A program made the position numbers and the translations under genes. The notes under the pieces are model-generated. The model was not told the DNA's origin. It ran no database searches and was given only the letters and a program-made list of their open reading frames with translations. A stretch of 64,000 nt of DNA from a virus. Shown piece by piece: positions 27,819-38,013 of the stretch. Numbering within the stretch: position 1 is the first letter of the stretch; each line of letters starts with the position of its first letter. The stretch lies in the IMG/VR virus record IMGVR_UViG_3300030104_007872, positions 14,085-78,084 of that record. One strand, given 5' to 3'.

Positions 27819-28723
27819 AAATAATTTTAGCGATTAATAAAACACTCAGCCGCAATCAAACCGAGTGTTTAGATGGCGGTTATTATAATTTCTATATTCC
27901 TCTTTTGGAGTTGGGCCACGAAGTTTTATTATACGATACTGTCAGAGGTGCAGAAAAAAGCTTCAATGAGCTTGTGGAAACCTTTAACCCCGATTTAATT
28001 TTTTGTTGTATTACTGGCAATAAAGAGGTCACCCCGTACGAACCATTTGAAGAAATAAAGCATATAACTAAAAACACAAAAATAAAAACATTCAATTGGT
28101 TTTGCGATGACACTTGGAGATTCGACGATTTTAGCAGTAAAGTTTGCAAACACTTCACTCATTGTTCGACGCCCGAAGAAAAATATTTAGATAGATATAA
28201 GGACATAGGATATGAAAATATTTTATTGGGGAATTGGCACTGCAACGCTGATTTGCGATTTCCTTATAATAAATCCGTCGATGTCGGCTTTTGTGGGGGT
28301 ATCACTCAGGCACGAGCGAGCGTTTTCAATTCTCTTATAAGCGGTGGGGTCAATTTAAAATGTTTTTATGGACTGTCTTATGAGGATATTTTTAAAGCTT
28401 ACGCCTCCTCTAGGATAGGTATTAACCTTACTGTTAATGATAATGACCCCTCGAAAAAGCAGCAGATGAAGCTGCGTATCTTTGAGATTGTCGCATCGGG
28501 AACTTTCCTGCTAACAGAAAATGTGGAAGGTTTGGAAAAGTATTTTGAAATTGGAAAGGAAATAGAAACCTTTACAACACCCCAAGAGGCGCAGGAAAAA
28601 ATAACACACTATCTTCAAAATGAAGAGGCTAGGGAAAAAATAGCTGCCGCTGGCCACAGACGCTTTTTGACAGATCACCGTTCAAGTGTTAGATTAACTG
28701 AGGTTTTGGAACAAATAAAATAA
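27815..28723 (+). CDS. Glycosyltransferase (CgeB/Glyco_trans_1_2-like)
   Basis: NWFCDD, RIGIN, RIFEIVASG and IAAAG...H motifs; ATGA overlap at 27815. Confidence 0.8.
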   Translation: MKIILAINKTLSRNQTECLDGGYYNFYIPLLELGHEVLLYDTVRGAEKSFNELVETFNPDLIFCCITGNKEVTPYEPFEEIKHITKNTKIKTFNWFCDDTWRFDDFSSKVCKHFTHCSTPEEKYLDRYKDIGYENILLGNWHCNADLRFPYNKSVDVGFCGGITQARASVFNSLISGGVNLKCFYGLSYEDIFKAYASSRIGINLTVNDNDPSKKQQMKLRIFEIVASGTFLLTENVEGLEKYFEIGKEIETFTTPQEAQEKITHYLQNEEAREKIAAAGHRRFLTDHRSSVRLTEVLEQIK

Positions 28724-29653
28724 ATGACAATATACATACAGAAACATGGAAGCCACGCTGGCTACTGGATATACAGTGGATATGCACACGCATGGATTTA
28801 TCATGGCTTTCAGGTGAAATTTTTTGAATCCTTTGAGGAGGTTGACACAAAACAGCCCTATGCCCTGATGATAACCGATTCTTGGCTTAATAACGAGTAT
28901 GAGGATTACATTAATGCCTTTGATTATCTTAAAAAGAGCGAATTTTGTATACTTTATGCATCTCCAAAAGGTTTTCCTGACCCCTGGGGCACCCATCCTA
29001 ATTTTGTATGCCCGCTCAACGACGAATTTATCAAAAAACTTGACGATATTGATAACTTAGTTAAGTGGAATTTTTCAGAAACTGACAATGAATATTTTTC
29101 TCATTGGAAAGACATAAAAACCATCCCCCTTGCATTCGATAATATAAATTACGAATGTGCAAAAGATGACGAAAAGGAATATTTATATGATGTCTGTTTC
29201 ATCGGCAGCGTAGCTAACAATGGCTTTAATGAAAAAATAGAAATCATAAAAGCTTGCTTAAATGCATTTGCCCACAGCGATTTAAATTGTGGGTTTTCTA
29301 TCGGCCAAAATATTTCTCACGAAAAAGAAAACGAGGTTTTAATTAGGTCTAAAGTATGTTTAAATATTCACGATAAATATCAAAGGGTCTTAGGGTTGGA
29401 TGCCAACGAAAGAACATTCAAGTCTTTAGGCGCCAATGGGTTATTGGTTAGCGATTCTACAACTCAAGTAAAAAACCTCTTTCCAGATGTATTTTGTTCT
29501 AATGAACCGCAGGAGCTTGTGGATGAGTGCAGCAGGCTCGTTTCTAAGGATGTGAAGGAATTAAATAAAATTAAAAAACAAAACAGGCAAACCATAGAGG
29601 ATCAACATTCCTATATCAGAAGAGTCGAACAATTATTGACCTATGCGAATTAA
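28724..29653 (+). CDS. Glycosyltransferase (CgeB-like)
   Basis: DVCFIG, KVCLNIH, NERTFK and HSYIRR. Confidence 0.75.
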   Translation: MTIYIQKHGSHAGYWIYSGYAHAWIYHGFQVKFFESFEEVDTKQPYALMITDSWLNNEYEDYINAFDYLKKSEFCILYASPKGFPDPWGTHPNFVCPLNDEFIKKLDDIDNLVKWNFSETDNEYFSHWKDIKTIPLAFDNINYECAKDDEKEYLYDVCFIGSVANNGFNEKIEIIKACLNAFAHSDLNCGFSIGQNISHEKENEVLIRSKVCLNIHDKYQRVLGLDANERTFKSLGANGLLVSDSTTQVKNLFPDVFCSNEPQELVDECSRLVSKDVKELNKIKKQNRQTIEDQHSYIRRVEQLLTYAN

Positions 29654-30368
29654 TATAATCATTCCAAATTACAACAAGGAACCTTTTGTCATAAAGTGCC
29701 TTGAGTCTTGCTTAAATCAGACTTATGAAAACTTAGGCGTCATTTTCATCGATAACGATAGTACTGATAATAGCTTGCAACTTGTTAAGGATTTTTCAAA
29801 AACGCACGACAGAGATTTTATCATAGATGTGGCAGAAAATATCTATCCCCGCTGTTGGGAGGAATGTATAGAAAAGGCTGAACAATATTTAGATGGGGAA
29901 TATTACACAATTGTTGGTTCAGATGATTACCTTGATGAGAATTATATCGCTAATTTTTGCGAGTGGATAAAAGAGCAAGAGGAGGAGGTCTTAGCCGTTC
30001 ATTCAGACTTACTTTGGGTTGAGGATGGTAAAGATTTCAATTATACAACCTACAAGTATAGCGACATAGACGATTTAAAATTGAAATTAGTTCAAGGGTG
30101 CGCCATAAACAGCCCAACAGTTTTTTATAGTAGGAAAATCACCGAGGATAAGAGCCTTAAGGCTAAACCAGAGGTATATAGCGGCGCAGCAGATTATGAT
30201 TTTTATTGCCAATTGGTTGATAAGGGTATATTTATTCACAATATAGGCGACTGGATAGGCTATCATTACAACGTCAACAAATCTCAGGCAACGTGGGAGA
30301 TGCATCTTGATCCTATTAATTATACAAATGTAATTATTAAAAAGTATAAGGACAAGTGGAAAATTTGA
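29643..30368 (+). CDS. Glycosyltransferase family 2
   Basis: IIIPNYN, IDNDSTDNS, GSDD and DYDF. Confidence 0.9.
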   Translation: MRINIIIPNYNKEPFVIKCLESCLNQTYENLGVIFIDNDSTDNSLQLVKDFSKTHDRDFIIDVAENIYPRCWEECIEKAEQYLDGEYYTIVGSDDYLDENYIANFCEWIKEQEEEVLAVHSDLLWVEDGKDFNYTTYKYSDIDDLKLKLVQGCAINSPTVFYSRKITEDKSLKAKPEVYSGAADYDFYCQLVDKGIFIHNIGDWIGYHYNVNKSQATWEMHLDPINYTNVIIKKYKDKWKI

Positions 30369-31666
30369 CGCAAACATTAGATAGTGTAAGGGATTTTTTA
30401 CGGAGCAAATCCCCCAAAAAATGGATAGCTGGCGAAGATTATGTACAATATGCGGGGCCAGTTTTTGACGAAGAAGAGATATTATCCGCTGTAGAAACAC
30501 TGTTGGACGGCTGGCTCGTTTTGGGCAAGCGAGGTTTATCTTTCGAGAGGCAGTTTTGCAAGCTGTTGGGTAAGGATTATGGCGTATTGACTAATAGCGG
30601 AAGTAGTTCGAACCTAATAATGATGGAGGCCCTAAAATCCAAAAGATTATACGGACTCCCAAATGACACAAAAGTTATTACTCCTATAGCGGGATTTCCC
30701 ACGACGCTAAATCCAATATTTCAGGTAGGGTTTAAGCCACTGTTTGTAGATATTGACATCGATACTCTTAATTTAAATTTAGAGCAAGTAGAAGAAAAGG
30801 CTAAAAAAGGCGCAAAAGTAATAACATTTGCACATGTTTTGGGCAATCCACCAAATATGGATCAGCTAATGCAGATAGTGAATGAGTATGATTTGATTTT
30901 ACTTGAGGATTGTTGTGATGCGCTAGGTTCCAGCTACAGAGGGAACGATTTGGGTAGTTTTGGAGAATTTTCCACATGTTCTTTTTATCCAGCCCACCAT
31001 ATTACAATGGGAGAGGGTGGATTTGTCGCTTCAAAAACCTACAACCAGCAAATTGTCGCTAGAAGCTTAAGGGAATGGGGGCGCGGATGTTATTGCGTAG
31101 GGGAAAAGGCGGGTTTGTCTAAAACGGGGTGCTGCGGCAAAAGGTTTAGCAATTGGCTTCCAAGTTTACCAGATGAAGTTTTTGATCACAAATATGTCTA
31201 TGACGAGATTGGCTATAATTTAAAACCTATTGAAATTCAAGCGGCTATCGGTTTGCAGCAACTGAAAAAATTACCTTCAATTATCACACGCAGAAAAGAA
31301 AACCATAAAAAACTTTATGATATTTTTGCGAAACATGAAGAGTATTTTATTTTGCCAGAGGCAACCGATGGGAGTGACCCTAGTTGGTTTGCTTTCGCCG
31401 TAACTCTTCGCGATGGCTGTAAATTCAAGAGAAATGAAATAGTGGACTTTTTTGAGTCGCATAAAATACAAACGCGCCCTTATTTTGCTGGAAATATCAT
31501 GTTGCAACCCGCTTATCGCGGGATTGTCAACGCCGAGGATGTTGTTAAAAAGTATCCCAATGCTCGCAAAGTAACCACCGACACCATGTTTCTAGGAACC
31601 AGCCCAGTAATTACTGATGAACAAATTAGATATATTGAAGAAGTTTTATATAATTTCATTGGATGA
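30356..31666 (+). CDS. rfbH: NDP-4-keto-6-deoxyglucose 3-dehydrase (E1/RfbH/DdhC; PMP and [2Fe-2S])
   Basis: EDCCDA, SFYPAHHITMGEGG (His at the PLP-Lys position), WGRGCYC...CCGKRF and DHKYVY. Confidence 0.9.
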   Translation: MENLTQTLDSVRDFLRSKSPKKWIAGEDYVQYAGPVFDEEEILSAVETLLDGWLVLGKRGLSFERQFCKLLGKDYGVLTNSGSSSNLIMMEALKSKRLYGLPNDTKVITPIAGFPTTLNPIFQVGFKPLFVDIDIDTLNLNLEQVEEKAKKGAKVITFAHVLGNPPNMDQLMQIVNEYDLILLEDCCDALGSSYRGNDLGSFGEFSTCSFYPAHHITMGEGGFVASKTYNQQIVARSLREWGRGCYCVGEKAGLSKTGCCGKRFSNWLPSLPDEVFDHKYVYDEIGYNLKPIEIQAAIGLQQLKKLPSIITRRKENHKKLYDIFAKHEEYFILPEATDGSDPSWFAFAVTLRDGCKFKRNEIVDFFESHKIQTRPYFAGNIMLQPAYRGIVNAEDVVKKYPNARKVTTDTMFLGTSPVITDEQIRYIEEVLYNFIG

Positions 31667-32610
31667 AGATAGTTTATGTCACAGGGTGCTTGGGTTTTAT
31701 TGGATCTCACATTACGCGACACTGCCTGAATAAGGGGTGGTATGTTAAGGGTGTTGATAAGCTTACTTATGCTGCCAACAGGGAGTTTCTAAACGAATTT
31801 CAAAAATTCGAAAATTTTTCATTCCTACAAGAGGATATCAATGATCTAAAGTTTTTATATGAATGTGACTATGTTATTAATACCGCAGCGGAAACTCATG
31901 TGGGAAACAGTATCATTAGTAGCGCTGATTTCATAAAATCAAACATTGATGGGGTCCATAATTTGCTAGAATTGATTAAGAATTATAGAATAGAAAACCT
32001 CAAAAAACCAACACTGTTACATCTTAGCACTGACGAAGTTTATGGAGATATTGCCAATGGAGATCACGGAGAGGAAGATCTTTTAAGGCCAAGTAACCCA
32101 TATTCAGCGACTAAAGCTGCTGCCGACATGCTAATTTTAGCTTGGGCTCGCACTCACTCGATACCTTACCTTATTGTTAGACCCACGAACAACTACGGAA
32201 TTGGTCAGTATGTAGAAAAATTAATTCCCAAGGCTTGTAAGTATTTAAAAATCAAGAAAAAAATACCCCTTCATAATGGGGGTGAACCCGTAAGGAATTG
32301 GTTACACGCCGATGATACCGCGAGTGCGATCACCACACTGATAGACAGTGGTTGTAAAAACGAAATATATAATATTTCTGGGCCTTTTGAGCAAAGTAAT
32401 TATGAGACCTGCAAAAAAATCATTAAACTCTTCGACCCAAGTTTGAAAGTGGACGAGTGTTTAGATTTTTCCTATGATAGGGCAGGTCAAGATGTTCGAT
32501 ACGCTCTTAATGATTCCAAGCTACAGGGTATTGGCTGGTCCGCGTCAAAAAACTTTGATGAGGAATTACCAGCAATAGTTGACCACTATAAGCATAAATT
32601 TATCTGGTAA
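31663..32610 (+). CDS. rfbB: dTDP-glucose 4,6-dehydratase
   Basis: GCLGFIG, DKLTYA, AAETHV, STDEVYG and YSATK. Confidence 0.88.
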   Translation: MKIVYVTGCLGFIGSHITRHCLNKGWYVKGVDKLTYAANREFLNEFQKFENFSFLQEDINDLKFLYECDYVINTAAETHVGNSIISSADFIKSNIDGVHNLLELIKNYRIENLKKPTLLHLSTDEVYGDIANGDHGEEDLLRPSNPYSATKAAADMLILAWARTHSIPYLIVRPTNNYGIGQYVEKLIPKACKYLKIKKKIPLHNGGEPVRNWLHADDTASAITTLIDSGCKNEIYNISGPFEQSNYETCKKIIKLFDPSLKVDECLDFSYDRAGQDVRYALNDSKLQGIGWSASKNFDEELPAIVDHYKHKFIW

Positions 32611-33620
32611 TGAGAGCTTGTGATTACATAGCGACAGCATTGAGCAAAAGAGGCGTAAAGTATGTTTACGGCGTAATGGGCGGCGGTGCTGCGGGTTTAA
32701 ATGATGGCTTCATTAAAAACAGCAATATACAATACATCGGCTTTCACCATGAGCAGGGGGCAAGTCATGCAGCTATAGGGGAAAGCAAGGTTACAAAAAA
32801 AATTGCAGTCGTTAATCCGACCACGGGTTGTGGTGGCACTAATTGCGTAACTTCGGTCTTGGATGCGTGGCAAGACAGTATACCAGTGGTATTCATATCG
32901 GGCAATGTGCGCTTAAGTCATACCAGTTCACACATCAATAGAATAAACAATACATCAATTAGAAAATTTGGAATACAGGAACACGATATCGTTTCTACAG
33001 TAAAATCAATTACAAAGTATTCAAAATTTGTAGAGACAGCGGAGGATGTTCCATACGAACTTGAACGTGCTATTCATGAGGCGACAAGCGGAAGAATGGG
33101 GCCAGTGTGGCTAGACATTCCCAGTGATGTTCAGCATGGTGACATACCCGAAACCCACAAAACCTTTACTCCTGGAATTGATAACGTTTTAAATAAAGGT
33201 TTAGACTATGTAGAGCAAAGCATTAACAATTATGACAGGCCGTTAGTCCTTGCGGGGTATGGTGTGGTTTTAAGCGATTCTAAAAACGACTTTAAAAAGT
33301 TTATCGAACAAAACAACGTACCTTTTGTTACTAGTTATTTAGGTATTGATATTCTTGGTTATGAACACCCACTAAACTTGGGAACTATAGGAATCAAGGG
33401 CAGTAGGGCGGGTAATTTTGCGATTCAAAATTGTGATTGCCTAATAGTGATGGGTTGCTCTCTCAACAGTTCGCATTTAGGCTATGATGAAAATTTGTTT
33501 TCTCCGAAGTCCCACAAAATAATCATTGACATAGATTCAGATGAACACGCAAAAAACAAAGTTAAGATAGACAAATTAATAAAAGCAGATTTGCGCGAAT
33601 TTTTTAATCATGAAAGCTGA
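32610..33620 (+). CDS. Thiamine-diphosphate enzyme, N-terminal and central domains (acetolactate synthase/YerE-like)
   Basis: HHEQGA, TTGCGGTN, GRMGPVWLDIPSDVQ and RAGNFAIQNCD. Confidence 0.85.
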   Translation: MRACDYIATALSKRGVKYVYGVMGGGAAGLNDGFIKNSNIQYIGFHHEQGASHAAIGESKVTKKIAVVNPTTGCGGTNCVTSVLDAWQDSIPVVFISGNVRLSHTSSHINRINNTSIRKFGIQEHDIVSTVKSITKYSKFVETAEDVPYELERAIHEATSGRMGPVWLDIPSDVQHGDIPETHKTFTPGIDNVLNKGLDYVEQSINNYDRPLVLAGYGVVLSDSKNDFKKFIEQNNVPFVTSYLGIDILGYEHPLNLGTIGIKGSRAGNFAIQNCDCLIVMGCSLNSSHLGYDENLFSPKSHKIIIDIDSDEHAKNKVKIDKLIKADLREFFNHES

Positions 33621-34359
33621 GTGGATTGATAGATGCAAGAGGTGGAAAAGTAAGTGGCCAATCTTCAAAGATTCGTTTATTGACGATTCGAACGGCGTTA
33701 ATCTTTATAATTTTATTGAGATTTTAAATTCCGTAATAACAAAAAACGAAACAATAGTCAGTGATGCTGGATCGGCCATATATGTGCCCTGCCAGAATTT
33801 AAAATTAAAAGAGGGTCAAGACTTCATCATATCTGGGGCTCAAGCCGATATGGGTTTTGCATTGCCAGCTTCCATTGGTGTATACTTGGCGGATTCTACG
33901 AAAAATGTATTAGTTGTAACGGGCGACGGAAGCTTCAATACCAATATTCAGGAGTTAGCTGTGATTAGAAGCCTAAACGTACCAATAAAAATCTTTGTCT
34001 GGAACAATAATGGTTATTTGAGCATTAGAAATACACAAAGCAAGTTTTATGAGGGTCGCGTCTATGGGACAGACAAGGATACTGGGCTCTGGTTTCCAGA
34101 ATTAGAATCAGTGGCAAAGACTTATGAATTTGACTTCGTAAAATTATCAACGAACGTGGAAGTGAGAGATAACTTACTTAAAATTATTAATAATAAAAAC
34201 CCTATGATATGTGAGGTTATTTGCGACCCCAATCAAGATATTACACCAACCTTAATGCTAAAAGAGGACGAGGCAACGGGTGAAAAAATTCAGTGCGGTT
34301 TGGATGACATGTTTCCATTTTTGTCACAAGCAGAACTAGATAACGAAAAATACAATTAA
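33610..34359 (+). CDS. Thiamine-diphosphate enzyme, C-terminal ThDP-binding domain
   Basis: MGFALPASIG and GDGSF...NNNGY motifs. Confidence 0.85.
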   Translation: MKAEWIDRCKRWKSKWPIFKDSFIDDSNGVNLYNFIEILNSVITKNETIVSDAGSAIYVPCQNLKLKEGQDFIISGAQADMGFALPASIGVYLADSTKNVLVVTGDGSFNTNIQELAVIRSLNVPIKIFVWNNNGYLSIRNTQSKFYEGRVYGTDKDTGLWFPELESVAKTYEFDFVKLSTNVEVRDNLLKIINNKNPMICEVICDPNQDITPTLMLKEDEATGEKIQCGLDDMFPFLSQAELDNEKYN

Positions 34360-34361
34360 TT

Positions 34362-35291
34362 ATGAAAAAAAATATTTTACAATTTAATAAAATGAAAGCC
34401 AAGGGGGAGCCAATAACGTGGGTAACCGCCTACAGTTATCCGTTTGCTGCTGCCGCAGAGAGGGCTGGAATCGAAATGATATTAGTTGGCGATTCAGGAG
34501 GTATGGTCGAGCTTGGCTACGAAACGACAAATCCTGTCACAATGGATGAAATGATTACATTCGCTAAGGCAGCAAGAAAGGGCGCCCCAAATACTTTTGT
34601 CGTTGGCGATATGCCTCAAAGTTCGTATGAAATTTCTGATGAGGAGGCGATCAAAAATGCGATGAGGTTTGTAAAAGAGGCGGGGGTGGACGCCGTTAAG
34701 CTTGAAGGTGGAGATAGAGTGGTTAGCAGAATAAAAGCTATTGTTGATGCGGGCATATTGGTTATAGGCCACCTTGGCTTAACCCCCCAAAGCACTGTTT
34801 CATTTGGCGGCTACAAGGTTCAGGGTAAGTCTGTCGAAAGCTTTGAAGAAATGGTGGATGATTGTCGCAGTATTAGCGATGCAGGGTGCTGCATGATATT
34901 ACTAGAGGCTATTCCAAGTTCTGTCGGCGGTCAAATTTCAAAAGCGTTCGATATCCCAATCATGGGTATTGGAGCGGGAGATCTGGTAGATGGGCAGCTT
35001 TTGATCATGCACGATTTAACAGGGTTCTACACAGATTTTCGACCTTGGTTTGCAAAATGCTACATCCCGCAAGTTATTGAAAAATATGCGAATGAATTAA
35101 GCAATTATAAAGACATTAAAAAACACGGTATTGACACGAGGATGGACGGGCTGAATGTCCTTGTCGAGTATGCGCTCAGCGACTATCACCACGAGGTAAA
35201 GAACAAGGAGTATCCCCCCTCAGAGTATATTTATCCGATTAAAGATGAAGATTTGGAAAAGCTGAAAAATTCCAGATACTGGGTGGACTAG
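34362..35291 (+). CDS. panB: 3-methyl-2-oxobutanoate hydroxymethyltransferase (PanB family)
   Basis: ILVGDS, VVGDMP, VKLEGG, GHLGLTPQ and GIGAG...DGQ. Confidence 0.92.
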   Translation: MKKNILQFNKMKAKGEPITWVTAYSYPFAAAAERAGIEMILVGDSGGMVELGYETTNPVTMDEMITFAKAARKGAPNTFVVGDMPQSSYEISDEEAIKNAMRFVKEAGVDAVKLEGGDRVVSRIKAIVDAGILVIGHLGLTPQSTVSFGGYKVQGKSVESFEEMVDDCRSISDAGCCMILLEAIPSSVGGQISKAFDIPIMGIGAGDLVDGQLLIMHDLTGFYTDFRPWFAKCYIPQVIEKYANELSNYKDIKKHGIDTRMDGLNVLVEYALSDYHHEVKNKEYPPSEYIYPIKDEDLEKLKNSRYWVD

Positions 35292-35296
35292 ATTTA

Positions 35297-36079
35297 ATGA
35301 AGAAGAGTATATTGATCACTGGCGCCAATGGCTATGTTGCGCGAGCGCTACAGAAGGGCCTGAGCGCTTATGACCTAACGACGATTCAGCGCACGGATTT
35401 TGACCTAACCGACCAAAAGGCCACCGAAGATTTCTTTAAAAATAAATTTTTCGATGTTGTCATTCATACGGCGATTAGGGGTGGTAGGAGATTACAGCAA
35501 GACGACAACGAAGTTTTTGATGGTAATGTTCAAATGTTTTTAAATTTATTAAAAAACAAAAATAGTTTTGGAAGATTCATAAATTTAGGTTCGGGCGCTG
35601 AGGTAAAAGAAACTTCCACTCCTTATGGATTTAGCAAGAGCGTTATTAGCAACAGGCTGTTAAGTGAACCTAATTTTCATAACGTGCGAATATACGGCAT
35701 TTTTGACGCTAATGAACTGTCCACTAGGTTTATAAAAGCCAACATTACAAATTACCTCAATAAACAGCCAATGAAGGTCCTTCAAAACAAAAAAATGGAT
35801 TTCTTCTACATGCCCGATTTAATTAAACTTATTGATTTTTTAGTGGCTGGTAAAAAGCCCTTGAAAGTAATTGAGTGCTGTTATGACGAAGCCTTTTCTT
35901 TATCGTGGATTGCAAATTTTATCAATACATTAGGCTCTCACAAGGTAGATATAAAATTAGCTAGCAGTGACACAGACGCCGATTATGTTGGGTCCAATTC
36001 TGCTGAAAATTTACCGATTGAATTTACAGGCTTAATCAAGGGAATTAGAGAAACTTTTAATATACTTAAAAACGAATGA
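35297..36079 (+). CDS. NAD-dependent sugar epimerase/reductase
   Basis: ITGANGYVA, GSGAE and YGFSK. Confidence 0.85.
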   Translation: MKKSILITGANGYVARALQKGLSAYDLTTIQRTDFDLTDQKATEDFFKNKFFDVVIHTAIRGGRRLQQDDNEVFDGNVQMFLNLLKNKNSFGRFINLGSGAEVKETSTPYGFSKSVISNRLLSEPNFHNVRIYGIFDANELSTRFIKANITNYLNKQPMKVLQNKKMDFFYMPDLIKLIDFLVAGKKPLKVIECCYDEAFSLSWIANFINTLGSHKVDIKLASSDTDADYVGSNSAENLPIEFTGLIKGIRETFNILKNE

Positions 36080-37164
36080 AACTTTCTTATTCAGACATAA
36101 TAGATTCGCGTAAGGGTGAGGCGGCAGTGGTTGTTGGTGCGGGGCCATCATTAAATAACAACAAAAAACAAATTATCGATGCTCAAAAAGATGGTTTGAT
36201 AAAAATTTGCGTTAACGAGTGGTTTCGCCTTTTTGAAAACAACTCAAAGCCAGATTATTTAGTTTTGGCTAGTGGGCATCACACAGATTCCATCACCGCT
36301 CACGGACCTATCGCAAATGAGTTAAAGTTTCCTATTTTTTACGCTAATTCCACAGACGCGACCCCTCAGTCATGGGTGGAAGAGAATATGAAGGCGGATT
36401 GGTTCGGCTTTGATCAGCGGCATTGGCAAGGCAAAAATTGCCGTCATCTTATTGGTGAAATTGCCCACTGGATTGCTGAGGAATATCACAGACTAACGGG
36501 CGAATATCCACTACCAAATTCTATTAAGGAGGGCTCCACGGATGGATATCCCCTCTTTCCTATTGACATGCATTCGCTTAATGCGGTCACTGGGGGTTCC
36601 TCCAGCTTCTTCAGAGGTGCTACTTCGCCCAAGGCTGAGGAATTAAAAGAGATGATACAAAGGGCGCCCGAGGGCTTTTCATTACAGAATTTGAAAATGT
36701 ATGGCAATAATGGAATAATGTGGGATGGGCGCTGGCCATATGGCGGATTATGTGAGGCTGTGCGGTGGGAGTTTGACGCTACCGCAGGATGGAGGGCGGT
36801 TCCAAGATTTCCATGCACTAAAGTGGGTGATGCTTCAACGTTAACGGTGCAGGAAACCCTGCAAAATACATCAGGATTTGATTGTCATTATAGCACGGGG
36901 GATACGGTAATAGTTCACGCTCTTGCATTTGCTATTTTGATGGGTTGTAATCCCATCTATGTAACAGGCATGGATTTGGATTATCGTGTGGGCTACGCTA
37001 GTTCTCAAGCAGCCCCACTCAATAACGATTGGCAAAGGTTTGCTAGGAATTTGATTAATGATTTGAAAATCCTTAATGAGAGCGCTATAATGAGGGGTAT
37101 CGAAATCATCAATCTTCAAAAAGATGCTTGGTACGGCCAAATTAAACACGGAGAACTTAAATGA
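36076..37164 (+). CDS. Maf/DUF115 (MptE-like) putative nonulosonic-acid transferase
   Basis: VVGAGPSL...ICVNE and TV...ALAFAILMGCNPIYVTGMDL. Confidence 0.7.
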   Translation: MKLSYSDIIDSRKGEAAVVVGAGPSLNNNKKQIIDAQKDGLIKICVNEWFRLFENNSKPDYLVLASGHHTDSITAHGPIANELKFPIFYANSTDATPQSWVEENMKADWFGFDQRHWQGKNCRHLIGEIAHWIAEEYHRLTGEYPLPNSIKEGSTDGYPLFPIDMHSLNAVTGGSSSFFRGATSPKAEELKEMIQRAPEGFSLQNLKMYGNNGIMWDGRWPYGGLCEAVRWEFDATAGWRAVPRFPCTKVGDASTLTVQETLQNTSGFDCHYSTGDTVIVHALAFAILMGCNPIYVTGMDLDYRVGYASSQAAPLNNDWQRFARNLINDLKILNESAIMRGIEIINLQKDAWYGQIKHGELK

Positions 37165-38009
37165 ATAAAGAATGTCCCACCCATACATATGTAATCGCAG
37201 AAATAGGTATTAACCACAACGGTGATGTAGATATAGCGAAAGAACTTATCGAGCAAGCTTGCTCAGCGGGTTGCGATGCCGTTAAATTTCAAAAAAGAAC
37301 CATTGATCTGGTTTACTCACAAGAAGAGTTAGATTCGCCACGGGAATCTCCATTTGGAACCACGACCAGACAGCAAAAAGAGGGTATAGAGTTGCACATT
37401 TCCGAATTGCAAACATTAGAAGATTACGCCTCAAGCCTTGGTCTTGACTTTATTGTTTCATGTTGGGATGGGAATAGCTTAGATGAGGTAAATAATAATC
37501 TTAATGTTCGTTACCACAAAATTGCGTCAGCAATGTTGACCGATGTCATGTTTTTGGAGAAAGTAAATAATACAGGCAAGCCTGTTATCCTCTCAGTGGG
37601 CATGTCTACTGATGAGGAAATAGACAAGGCTTTAAATTTACTGGATAACGTCGAATATATATTGGCTTGCACCAGCACTTATCCAACAAAAGCCGAAGAA
37701 GTAAACCTTCTTCACGTTTCTACGTTAAAAAATCAATTTGAAGACTTAGGCGTTGCGGTAAAAGTTGGTTTTTCAAATCATTACAACGGTGCAGATGCGT
37801 GTGTGGGCGCTGTCGCCTTAGGCGCCGAGTGTATTGAGTTTCACATAACACGAGACAGGACGATGTATGGTTCGGATCAACCTGCGTCTATTGAGGATGC
37901 CGCGTCTCTTGTTGCGGGTATTCGAAATATGGAGATGATGATTGGAGATGGAATTAAAAAAGTCTATGATTCCGAAAAACCTATAGCCGCTAAATTAAGG
38001 AAAAATTAA
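37161..38009 (+). CDS. neuB: Nonulosonic/sialic acid synthase (NeuB family), lacking the C-terminal AFP-like domain
   Basis: IAEIGINHNGD, DAVKFQKR, KIASA, GFSNH and IEFHIT...GSDQ. Confidence 0.92.
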   Translation: MNKECPTHTYVIAEIGINHNGDVDIAKELIEQACSAGCDAVKFQKRTIDLVYSQEELDSPRESPFGTTTRQQKEGIELHISELQTLEDYASSLGLDFIVSCWDGNSLDEVNNNLNVRYHKIASAMLTDVMFLEKVNNTGKPVILSVGMSTDEEIDKALNLLDNVEYILACTSTYPTKAEEVNLLHVSTLKNQFEDLGVAVKVGFSNHYNGADACVGAVALGAECIEFHITRDRTMYGSDQPASIEDAASLVAGIRNMEMMIGDGIKKVYDSEKPIAAKLRKN

Positions 38010-38013
38010 AACG

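Noticed and set aside
34362-35291. panB, the acetolactate-synthase-like pair and the ilvE-like gene as pantothenate or branched-chain amino-acid auxiliary genes
   Set aside because: No panC, panE, ilvC or ilvD is in the window, and all are embedded in the sugar operon. This is disfavoured rather than excluded.
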